64,000 bases of DNA from Longimicrobiales bacterium. Its GTDB lineage: Bacteria > Gemmatimonadota > Gemmatimonadetes > Longimicrobiales > Gaopeijiaceae. The notes below the pieces were generated by a model, which was not told where the DNA came from, made no database searches, and saw only the letters and a program-made list of their open reading frames with translations. The translations under genes were made by a program, and so were the position numbers. The stretch covers positions 2,304,001 through 2,368,000 of the forward strand of contig CBDBCF010000001.1 in the NCBI GenBank assembly GCA_965202985.1, written 5' to 3'. This document shows, piece after piece, positions 36,428-45,082 of the stretch (position 1 is its first letter; the number at the start of each line of letters is the position of its first letter).

Positions 36428-38275
36428 ATGAGCACTCGTCCGCCTACACACATAGGAAGTATCGCCTCGATCGCCGGCTCGATCGTATCTGTCCAATTGC
36501 GTTCGGATATCTCATCCAACCTGCTACTGATTGACGGAGCTTCTTACAGGATCGGCCAAATCGGTAGCTTCTATCGTATTCCCCTTGGCTACACTTATCT
36601 CTATGCCGTATGTACTGCCGCCGGCGCTGCCGCGACTCCGCTACGCGACAGGAACGATGCATGGCCGCCAGTGTCCGTGGGACCGCGGAATGCCAGTATG
36701 GTCGATCTAAACGAGCATCGATGGCTGACACTAGTTCTCTTTGGTGAGTCAATAGGCGGTGATTTTCAACGAGGCGTTGGCCAGTATCCCACTATTGGTG
36801 ATGAAGTACATGTCGTCACCTCGAGCGACATGGAAGTAATTTATCAGCACAGACACGAAGGCGATGCCACGATCCCAATCGGTTCTATTGCAGCATCGAC
36901 GGGGATTACGGCTAACATTGACGTAGCAAAATTGATAGGTCGGCATTGTGCTGTTGTGGGATCCACGGGCACGGGCAAATCCAATTTGATCACTGTCTTG
37001 TTGGACGCTCTGGCTAACGGGAAGTTCTCCAGTGCTCGCATTGTAGTAGTCGACCCCCATGGGGAGTACGGTGCGGCACTGCCGGATCGATCTCGGTTGT
37101 TGACCATTAGGCCGACGGATTCTGATAATGAATCGTCGTTGGTTGTACCATACTGGGCGCTTCCACTCGGCGAGCTGCTTGAACTCACTCTTGGTGGAAA
37201 ACAACCCATGGTGGAGGCGGTCATTAGGGAGCGAGTTTTGGAAATGAAGACGCATAGTTCTGCCCACTTGGAGAACCTATCGGCAGGGGATCTTACGGCT
37301 GATTCGCCGATCCCATTTCACATTGGTAGCTTGTGGCTAGAATTGGATCGTTTTGAGAAAATGACATTCAGCAAAAGGGGCGGCGACACTGAGGAGAGTG
37401 TCTGTGATTTCATTCGGAAAGGCGATGCTGATAAACTTATTCCTTATCAATATCCAGAAGCAACGTCGTATAACACCGCACCGTTCAAGAATCCTCAAAT
37501 GCGTAACATTGGACGACAGCTTGATCTATTGGTCAGTCGCTTAAGAGATCCTAGGTTTTCGTTTTTGTTTCGTCCGGGAATGAAATACACTCCCGATCTT
37601 GACGGTAAGGTTGAAGCGGACTTGGATCAGCTAGTAGCAGAGTGGGTGGGTCACGACAGTACTGTAACAATCTTTGACGTGTCAGGCATGCCGTCGGAAA
37701 TCTTGCAGACAGTCGTGGGAACGATGCTTCGCATAATTTACGATATGCTGTTTTGGGGTCAACAATTGCCGATTGGAGGACAAAAACAGCCTCTGTTGGT
37801 AATCGTGGATGAAGCACATCGCTTCATTCCGAAGGGTGCGACGACGGCGGCACATCGAACACTTTCGATGATTGCCAAGGAGGGGCGAAAGTATGGTATT
37901 GGACTGATGCTAGTATCACAAAGGCCATCTGAAATGGAGTCAGACGTAGTTAGTCAGTTTGGTTCTCTTGTTGCGCTACGCATATCTAATGCTACGGATA
38001 GAGCTCACGTGGCGGCTACAGTGCCTGATGACCTAGGGGGATTGATCGATCTCCTGCCGTCGTTGCGTACCGGAGAGGCAGTAGCGATAGGCGAGATCGT
38101 ACCTATTCCTTCTCGCATTCGAGTAAGAAGAGCTGGAACAAAGGTCGTAGGGAACGACCCTAAACTACCGGAGACATGGAAAACGGAGCGGCCGGATGTA
38201 CGGCTTTACCGGAGGGCGTTGGCTAACTGGCGGGCCCAGTCAATCTTGAACACAGGCGAGAGCGATCATGAGTGA
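36428..38275 (+). CDS. herA: HerA/FtsK-family ATPase (DUF87)
   Basis: N-terminal HAS-like barrel with YPTIGDEV; GSTGTGKS, DPHGEY, IVDEAH, AKEGRKYG, SQRPSE. Confidence 0.88.
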   Translation: MSTRPPTHIGSIASIAGSIVSVQLRSDISSNLLLIDGASYRIGQIGSFYRIPLGYTYLYAVCTAAGAAATPLRDRNDAWPPVSVGPRNASMVDLNEHRWLTLVLFGESIGGDFQRGVGQYPTIGDEVHVVTSSDMEVIYQHRHEGDATIPIGSIAASTGITANIDVAKLIGRHCAVVGSTGTGKSNLITVLLDALANGKFSSARIVVVDPHGEYGAALPDRSRLLTIRPTDSDNESSLVVPYWALPLGELLELTLGGKQPMVEAVIRERVLEMKTHSSAHLENLSAGDLTADSPIPFHIGSLWLELDRFEKMTFSKRGGDTEESVCDFIRKGDADKLIPYQYPEATSYNTAPFKNPQMRNIGRQLDLLVSRLRDPRFSFLFRPGMKYTPDLDGKVEADLDQLVAEWVGHDSTVTIFDVSGMPSEILQTVVGTMLRIIYDMLFWGQQLPIGGQKQPLLVIVDEAHRFIPKGATTAAHRTLSMIAKEGRKYGIGLMLVSQRPSEMESDVVSQFGSLVALRISNATDRAHVAATVPDDLGGLIDLLPSLRTGEAVAIGEIVPIPSRIRVRRAGTKVVGNDPKLPETWKTERPDVRLYRRALANWRAQSILNTGESDHE

Positions 38276-38483
38276 ATGGCGATACGTGCAGTCTTCGAAC
38301 GTCGATGCGATCAGGTACTGCAGACACACCAGCGAGCTTTATGTTCGGTTTCGTGATGGCGGAGAATACGTCTATTATGATGTAGACGAGAATGTGTTCC
38401 TGGAATTCCTACACGCTGCATCGGTAGGTAAGTACCATGCCCGGAACATTAGGGGACGATACAGGTACATGAGGCTGTCCTAG
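38268..38483 (+). CDS. KTSC domain protein
   Basis: V-SSNV..IRY....ELYVRF.DG..Y.Y.DV....F..F..A.SVGKY....IRG.Y pattern; 8-bp overlap with the herA stop. Confidence 0.85.
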   Translation: MSEWRYVQSSNVDAIRYCRHTSELYVRFRDGGEYVYYDVDENVFLEFLHAASVGKYHARNIRGRYRYMRLS

Positions 38484-38517
38484 CAGCCGTGGGCACTGGG
38501 CGAGGCACGCTTCATCG

Positions 38518-38985
38518 CTTGAACGCGAAGTCCTACTCGTCAAGCGTTCTGAACGACGGCAGAGGGCTCGACCGCATCGCCGTGGCTTACCGACGGCTGT
38601 AGCACAAGGTGCGCCGCCAACAGCTCCTCGATCGCTTCGGCTGCCGTCGCAGCACCGCCGTTTGGCGCGAGCCAAGCACGTCGGCAAGGGCCTCGAGCGC
38701 GCCCGGCATCTTTGAGTCCGCCAGCAGCTCGGTGGGCAGGCCTCCGAAGAACACGGACGCTCTTTCCAGGCCCCCGCGCATCGGTCTCCATTCGTCTGCC
38801 GCTCGTAAGTATTGGTGCCACAGCATCCGCGAGTAGCCCAGCACCACCGCACTGCCCTGCCAGGCTTGCTGGAGCCGCGTGTCCTGCGCCCAGCACTTGG
38901 CCCTCGGCCTCAGGAAGAACCCACCGTCCACACCGCCAAGGGAACATTCTACTTTGGCCAACTACCGGACGTACTTGGCTTGACA
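38518..38985 (-). mobile_element. IS21-family remnant (terminal repeat + istA fragment joined to istB fragment)
   Basis: Minus strand begins TGTCAAG at 38985. VVLGYSRMLW..GLE.A..FFGGLPTELLAD is IstA-like. KMPGALEAL..AIEELL..RR*ATAMRSSPLPSFRTLDE*DFAF is IstB-like, with stops and frameshifts. Confidence 0.75.
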
Positions 38986-39124
38986 TTGCAACCGCCCAAG
39001 CCCCTTGACCCGTTCCGCCTCCGCTCCCATCGTTCCCGTCACAACCCCGCGCGTCCCATCCTGATTGTCGCTCCCCCCTAGCCGAAGCCAGCGTGCAAGA
39101 GACCAGAAGGCTATCGAACTACGG

Positions 39125-39181
39125 AGACATCCGAGGCTCGGAAACGGGACATGCCTGTGGACATTTTGGGCCACCGAAATC
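39125..39181 (+). repeat. 57-bp island motif, copy 2
   Basis: AGACAT-ccgaggctcg-GAAACGGGACA-tgcctgt-GGACATT-ttgggccacc-GAAATC. Confidence 0.85.
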
Positions 39182-39302
39182 GACGAAGGTAGATCAGCCA
39201 ATCAGGAGGAGATGGCAGACATGACGCTCGGGGGAACAACCGAAGGACTCCGGCCCCGGTCGTGGATTTCCGGGGGCGGAGCACGGCAATGGTGACCGGC
39301 AC

Positions 39303-40088
39303 ATGCGGCTGAGCGCCTCGCTCGAGTACCGCCAGACGATGGGCCGGGTGCGGTGGGAGGGTCACGCGGTCCGGGACGCGGAGCAGTTCCAGGAGTACAT
39401 GCGTCGCGTCGTCGCTCCCCGACTGACCGCGGACGACTCGAAGTTGGCCACCGTGCTGCGGGGTCTGGCGTCGACGGAAATGGCCGCCGACGCCATCGGG
39501 CAACTGCTGGCCTCCGTACGACCCTTGAAAGGCTGGGAAGTCGGAGAGACCTTCGCTGAATGCGTTCTCCGCGACGATGTGGGCTGGCAGGTGCACTGGC
39601 CTTGGAACACGTCCCGAGACCTCCGGAGTCCCAACGCGAGCCTTCAGGGCGCCGACTTGGTAGGGTTCGTCCAACGAGACGGCGAGACCTTCCTCTTGTT
39701 TGGTGAAGTGAAGACTTCGGGCGAGGCTCGGACTCCGCCCACGGTCATGACGGGTCCGGGCGGCTTGCCTTCCCAGCTTGAGAGGATTTGCCTCCGCCCC
39801 GATGTACAACACGCGTTGCTGTCGTGGCTTCACGTGCGCTGCCGGTCTCAGATCCAACGGGATCTCTTCGAGAAGGCGACACGTCGGTACCTGGAGTCTG
39901 GAGGCCAGAGCTTCATACTGGCCGGAGTCCTGTTGCGGGACACCACCCCGGACGAACGCGACCTCCGCCACCCCGCCGAAGCCCTCTCCCGCCGGCTGGC
40001 CGCAGCTCCGGGCTCCGTCGATCTTGTCGCATGGTACCTGCCGACCCCGATCGATCGTTGGCCCGCGCTGGTGGGAGAGCCGACATGA
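39303..40088 (+). CDS. Hachiman HamA-like PD-(D/E)XK nuclease
   Basis: WEVGETFAE..., GADLVG..., FGEVKTS; coupled by ATGA to the Ski2-like helicase. Confidence 0.7.
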   Translation: MRLSASLEYRQTMGRVRWEGHAVRDAEQFQEYMRRVVAPRLTADDSKLATVLRGLASTEMAADAIGQLLASVRPLKGWEVGETFAECVLRDDVGWQVHWPWNTSRDLRSPNASLQGADLVGFVQRDGETFLLFGEVKTSGEARTPPTVMTGPGGLPSQLERICLRPDVQHALLSWLHVRCRSQIQRDLFEKATRRYLESGGQSFILAGVLLRDTTPDERDLRHPAEALSRRLAAAPGSVDLVAWYLPTPIDRWPALVGEPT

Positions 40089-43000
40089 GCGACCATTCCT
40101 GGATCGTCGACAGCCTGGGAACCGACAGGCTCCAGGAGGCTGCCACCGAGGCGGCTCGGCGGCGGCTTTGGTCAGCCCTTCGTGACTCCCCGCCCGAGGC
40201 CACGCACGCCGACGACCGCCTTCGATTCGCGGCAAACGCGCTGGAACTAGACGTGCTCGACGCCATCGGAGACGACGACCTGCCCAGACTGAGGCGCTCG
40301 GCGGCTTCGGCGTTCCAGATAGCACGGGTGCTCGGTCTTCCCGACTCGCCCACGGAGAGAGCCGAAGCGCTCGTCAGGCTGGGGTGCCTGGGCATCCTCG
40401 GCGACCGGGGCGCCGACATGCAACGGATCCTCCGCAACGAGGGCTGGGTCGGGCGTTGTCCACGTGCAGCCCATTGGGGAAACCACGTGTGGGCGACCGT
40501 GCTGCATGTCTGGTTGCTGCTCTTTCGCAAGCACGGGTGGGACGACCTCAACGCGGTGCAGGAGCACGTTGCCGCCTTGCGTCGCGACCAGACGGACCTG
40601 GAGCCCCGGTTCCTGAAGGACGCCGCCGCCAACAAGGACGCCACTCCGGCGTGGAACCTGATTTGGTGCTATCATGTGGCGAAGGCCGCGGAGATCGTGG
40701 GAATGCACCAGACGCAGGGAAGCGCCGACGGCCACTACGACGTGGGCGAACAACTCGATGCGCAGTTCGACCGGGCCGTGGCCGCCGCCTCGCACGGGGG
40801 ACTCGTGCGGCAGGAAGCCTTGGTGCGCTTGCTCGCCCGCACCGCCCGCTCCCTGGTGGACAGCTCCATCTGGTCGGTCGCCCGCGCCGTGAACAGCCGG
40901 GTCGAAGAGTTCGTCGCCACAATGACTTCCAGGGACCGGCCGCGGCCGATCTTCGAGGTCCTGCCGCCCCAGCGTCGGGCCCTTCGCGAGGCAGGCCTCT
41001 TGAGCGCGGGACACCGTGCAGTCGTCGTGAACCTGCCGACGTCGAGCGGGAAGACCTTGCTTGCCCAGTTCAGAATGCTGCAAGCCCTGAACCAGTTCGA
41101 CCGCGAGCGCGGGTGGGTGGCGTATCTGGCGCCCACCAGAGCCTTGGTCGGCCAGCTGGCCCGCAGGTTGCGCCGCGACTTCGCGGACCTTGGCATCGTG
41201 GTGGAGAAGGTCAGTCCCGCGCTGGAGGTCGACGGGGTCGAGTCCGACATGCTGTCGGAGGCCGACGCGGCGCGCCAGTTTCGAGTCCTCGTCTCGACTC
41301 CCGAGAAGCTCGACTTGATGCTGCGAGGCGGGTGGGAGGAGAAGACGGGACGGCCGCTGACGCTGGTTGTGGTGGACGAAGCTCACGGCATCGGCGCCAG
41401 CGAGCGCGGCTTTCGGCTCGAGCTGCTGCTGGCGACCATCAACAGGGAATGTAGGTACGCGCAGTTCTTGTTGCTCACGCCCTTCGTCCCCAACGCGGAG
41501 AAGATCGCCCAGTGGCTTGCGCCCGGCAGCGCGACAAGCATTGACTTCGGCGTCGACTGGGTCCCCAACGATCGCGTAGTTGCCATCGCGCAGCCCCGTA
41601 GAGGCGAAGCTCGCGGGGACTTCACGATCGACTTCACGACGCTACACACGACTGCAAAGACCATCGAAATCCCGGACACTCTCAATGTCGGCAAGCGGCG
41701 TCCGCTGGGATTGCCTTGGTCCGCAGTCTCCCGGTCGCCCGGCAAGCTGGCTGCGGCCGCCGCCCATCTCCTGGAGCGCCGAGGCACCGTGATCGTCCTG
41801 GCCTCCCGGCCGGCACATTGCTGGGGGATCGCTGAGACTTTGAAGCGGGCGGAGAATGTCCCGGCGGCGACGAGCAACCGCATACGCCAGCTGTGCGGGT
41901 TCCTGGAAGACGAGATGGGCGCCGATTTTCCTTTGGTGTCGTTGCTGGAACGCGGAATCGGCGTGCACCACTCGGGGCTCTCCGAGGATGCACGGGCGAT
42001 CGTGGAATGGTTGGCCGAGCAAGGCGACCTCCGGGCGATGGTGGCGACCACGACCATTGCCCAAGGCGTGAACTTTCCAGTGTCGGGCGTCGTATTCCAG
42101 AATCACCAGTATCCGTACGGCCGCGAAATGCCGCCCGAGGACTTCTGGAACATTTGCGGACGCGCGGGTCGCGTGGATCAGGACGACCTGGGAATCATTG
42201 CGCTGGCGGGTTGCGACGATGCCAAGGTCGCACAGCTTCGCGAATACGTTGGCCGGTCGGTTGGAGAACTGAATTCGACATTGATTGACATGATCCAAGA
42301 CATCGACGACGAGACCGACCTCCTGCATCTTGAACGACTGGCATGGCGTCCCGAGTGGTCAGCCTTCTTGCAGTACCTTGCCCACACCTACCGGCAAGTC
42401 GACGATCACGACAGATTTGCGATGCAGATCGAGCAGGTCCTTCGCGGAACTCTCGGGTTCCGGGCCTTGCGTGCGAGCCACGAAGGCTGGGCCAGCAAGC
42501 TGGTTTCGGGAGTCCAACAGTACTCGGAGCGGATCAAGGGAAAGCCGCTGCGCCTTGTCGATGCGACGGGGTTCTCGTGGGAGTCCGTGGCTCATACCTT
42601 GGCTGGCCTGAACCGGGCGGAAGTGCACGACGCGGTCTGGACGCCGGACCTGTTCGGCACACGCCGGAACGACTTGGAGCGGATGGTCGGACTGCTGCTC
42701 GATGTCCCGGAGCTGAAGGGATCGCTGGGCAGAATCGCAACGGAGGCGGCCCTTCGACGAGACGCCGTGGCCCGGGTCATCTGCGACTGGGTTCACGAGC
42801 GCCCGCTGGCCGAGATGGCTCATGAGCACTTCGCGGTCCGTTCCGGCTCCGTTAGTCGGGACGGCACCTACGCGGATGCGACCAAGGCCATGACGCGGTG
42901 TTGCCAAACCGTCTTCGGCAAGCTGGCTCAATCGGCGTCCTGGGGCTTGGCCGCCCTCCAGTCGCTTACCATGCCCGACTTGGACGACCTCTCGCCGGAT

Positions 43001-43261
43001 GAACAGCGGACGCTGCGTAACCTCCCCGCCCGAGTCTATTACGGGGTGAATTCCGACGAGGCGATCGCCATGCGCCTCCTCGGCGTGCCGCGAACGGCAG
43101 CCACTCCTATGGCACGCGAACTCAGCGTGCGACCGTCCGATCCGTTACACCTGACACGCGAGAAGCTACGCCAAGCCGATGCTGGCGCGTGGCAATCCGC
43201 CCTGGGGAATCGCGGCCCCAGCTATCGGCACGTGTGGGCCATCATGGAGGGCCTGGAATGA
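40085..43261 (+). CDS. Hachiman HamB-like Ski2/DEAH helicase
   Basis: Helical N-terminus; LPTSSGKT, APTRAL, STPEK, DEAH, GVHHSGL, ATTTIAQGVN, GRAGR. Confidence 0.82.
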   Translation: MSDHSWIVDSLGTDRLQEAATEAARRRLWSALRDSPPEATHADDRLRFAANALELDVLDAIGDDDLPRLRRSAASAFQIARVLGLPDSPTERAEALVRLGCLGILGDRGADMQRILRNEGWVGRCPRAAHWGNHVWATVLHVWLLLFRKHGWDDLNAVQEHVAALRRDQTDLEPRFLKDAAANKDATPAWNLIWCYHVAKAAEIVGMHQTQGSADGHYDVGEQLDAQFDRAVAAASHGGLVRQEALVRLLARTARSLVDSSIWSVARAVNSRVEEFVATMTSRDRPRPIFEVLPPQRRALREAGLLSAGHRAVVVNLPTSSGKTLLAQFRMLQALNQFDRERGWVAYLAPTRALVGQLARRLRRDFADLGIVVEKVSPALEVDGVESDMLSEADAARQFRVLVSTPEKLDLMLRGGWEEKTGRPLTLVVVDEAHGIGASERGFRLELLLATINRECRYAQFLLLTPFVPNAEKIAQWLAPGSATSIDFGVDWVPNDRVVAIAQPRRGEARGDFTIDFTTLHTTAKTIEIPDTLNVGKRRPLGLPWSAVSRSPGKLAAAAAHLLERRGTVIVLASRPAHCWGIAETLKRAENVPAATSNRIRQLCGFLEDEMGADFPLVSLLERGIGVHHSGLSEDARAIVEWLAEQGDLRAMVATTTIAQGVNFPVSGVVFQNHQYPYGREMPPEDFWNICGRAGRVDQDDLGIIALAGCDDAKVAQLREYVGRSVGELNSTLIDMIQDIDDETDLLHLERLAWRPEWSAFLQYLAHTYRQVDDHDRFAMQIEQVLRGTLGFRALRASHEGWASKLVSGVQQYSERIKGKPLRLVDATGFSWESVAHTLAGLNRAEVHDAVWTPDLFGTRRNDLERMVGLLLDVPELKGSLGRIATEAALRRDAVARVICDWVHERPLAEMAHEHFAVRSGSVSRDGTYADATKAMTRCCQTVFGKLAQSASWGLAALQSLTMPDLDDLSPDEQRTLRNLPARVYYGVNSDEAIAMRLLGVPRTAATPMARELSVRPSDPLHLTREKLRQADAGAWQSALGNRGPSYRHVWAIMEGLE

Positions 43262-43363
43262 GCTGTTCCCTCGTTCCCCCGGCTGGCTCACCGGAGGCGT
43301 CGGAAGTGAGGTCGCTCGCGTGCGTGGATATGCTCCTGGGCCAGATCACGGCCGCCTCCGACA

Positions 43364-43406
43364 GTCTCATCTTGGTTGTCGCTACCGTCTCATCTTGGTT
43401 GTCGCT
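43364..43406. repeat. 20-bp perfect direct repeat, 3-bp spacer
   Basis: GTCTCATCTTGGTTGTCGCT at 43364-43383 and 43387-43406. Confidence 0.9.
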
Positions 43407-43536
43407 CGACAGGGTAGCCGACGTACAGCTTGCCGGACACGGCGGGGCGGTCTCGCGCCCACTTCTCCACCGCCGTGCACAGCATGTCGCTGGCGGCCGG
43501 CTTGCCGGTGGCGCCTCGGATGATGGCGATGCCCAC
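43390..43536 (-). pseudogene. Possible N-terminal fragment of a nuclease-SF1 helicase gene
   Basis: (M)GIAIIRGATGKPAAS...SGKLYVGYPV resembles N-termini I recall from such helicases; the frame stops inside the 20-bp duplication. Confidence 0.35.
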
Positions 43537-43726
43537 AGGTTCCGCTTCCTTGCGTGGTTGGGCTGCGTGTTCCGGCTGGCCGAGCATGGCCCGACGCCGG
43601 GGAGTTCAGGCGTGTGACGCGCCGATTCGGAAGGTCGTTTGGGAACGTAACGCGACGGTCAAATGGAGTGACCCGGTCGATTTCGCACGGAGCCGGGCGT
43701 GGGGCGCTCCAGGTCCAAGTCCCACC

Positions 43727-43783
43727 GGACATTCAGGGCGCGGAAACGGGACATCGGAGCGGACATTCTAGGGCCTCGAAATC
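43727..43783 (+). repeat. 57-bp island motif, copy 3
   Basis: GGACAT-tcagggcgcg-GAAACGGGACA-tcggagc-GGACATT-ctagggcctc-GAAATC. Confidence 0.85.
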
Positions 43784-43987
43784 GCACGGAGACGACGACG
43801 CGCCGAATGGGGAAGGCTGGCCGATGAGACTCAAGGGGGTTCGAGGTTGCGCTGCACGCGGGACCGTACCGAATTTCGAGAAGGACTCGCGAAGCCTCGG
43901 GAGTTGTGGTCGCGGGGCAGTCCTACGAGGCGGGCGCTGGGCTCCGTGGCTACGGAGCTCGCCGACCAAACGGAGCAAGGAGGAGAG

Positions 43988-45082
43988 ATGACGGAGCTAC
44001 GGACGCTGGACGACCTGGAGCGCCCGGTCGCGAAGCCGCCCGGGGCCATGGAATCCCCGGTCGAATGGATCAGCGTCGCGGGCTTCAAGAGCATTCGATC
44101 CGTGCAGAAACTGCAGATCCGGAAGATCAACGTGGTCATTGGAGCCAACGGTTCCGGAAAGTCCAACCTGCTCGATGTGTTTTCTTTTCTCGGAGCCATG
44201 CGAGCGGGCAGACTAGGCAAGCACGTAGCCAGGGCCGGCGGTGCCGATCGCGTGCTCCACTTTGGTGCCGGGACAACCGACGAAGTGGTCATCGACGTGT
44301 CGTTTGCGAACGACTCCACCCGATACCGAACTGCACTGACGTCCAACGACTCCGGTCAACTCGTTCCGCGTCACGAGATTGACAATGTTGCCGTCAGGGC
44401 CGTCGCCAGCCGGATACAGAGCCGTCTTGATCGCTGGCGTCTGTATCACTTTCAAGATACGGGGTCCCGTTCGCCCTTCAAGAGAACGTGCGCGCTTCAC
44501 GACAACAGATTCCTGCGGGCCGACGGTTCGAATTTGGCCGCATTGCTGTACTTGTTGCGCGAGCGGCATGAGGAATCCTACGACCTCATCCGTCGAACAG
44601 TTCGTCTCGCGGCACCGTTCTTCGATGATTTTATACTCCGGCCCATAGCTGTTGCCGAGGACATGATCCGATTGGAATGGAGGCACTTAGGTACCGATTC
44701 GTACTATGACGCATCGTCTCTGTCCGATGGGACCTTGCGTTTTGTGGCAATTGCGACGCTCTTGCTTCAGCCCGCACAATTGTTGCCGTCGGTGATTCTG
44801 GTGGACGAACCGGAGCTGGGATTGCACCCTTATGCGGTCACGCTGTTTTGTTCTCTGGTAAAGGCGGTATCCGTCAAGGCTCAAGTGATCATCGCAACCC
44901 AGTCTCCCTTGATGCTGGATCACTTCGAACCCAGAGACGTGCTCGTGGCGGAACGACGCGACGGCGCGACGACGTTCACCAGACTGAACCCGACGAGCCT
45001 TGAAGCGTGGCTCCACGACTACAGTCTTGGTCAGCTGTGGGAGAAGAACGAGCTTGGCGGAAGGCCGAGCGCCGAGACATGA
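43988..45082 (+). CDS. ABC-type (AAA_21) ATPase
   Basis: AAGGAGGAG RBS; GFKSI, GANGSGKS, LSDGT, LVDEPELGLHP, ATQS; stop overlaps the helicase ATG. Confidence 0.9.
   Translation: MTELRTLDDLERPVAKPPGAMESPVEWISVAGFKSIRSVQKLQIRKINVVIGANGSGKSNLLDVFSFLGAMRAGRLGKHVARAGGADRVLHFGAGTTDEVVIDVSFANDSTRYRTALTSNDSGQLVPRHEIDNVAVRAVASRIQSRLDRWRLYHFQDTGSRSPFKRTCALHDNRFLRADGSNLAALLYLLRERHEESYDLIRRTVRLAAPFFDDFILRPIAVAEDMIRLEWRHLGTDSYYDASSLSDGTLRFVAIATLLLQPAQLLPSVILVDEPELGLHPYAVTLFCSLVKAVSVKAQVIIATQSPLMLDHFEPRDVLVAERRDGATTFTRLNPTSLEAWLHDYSLGQLWEKNELGGRPSAET

Noticed and set aside
43364..43406. Mini-CRISPR
   Set aside because: Only two 20-bp units with a 3-bp spacer.
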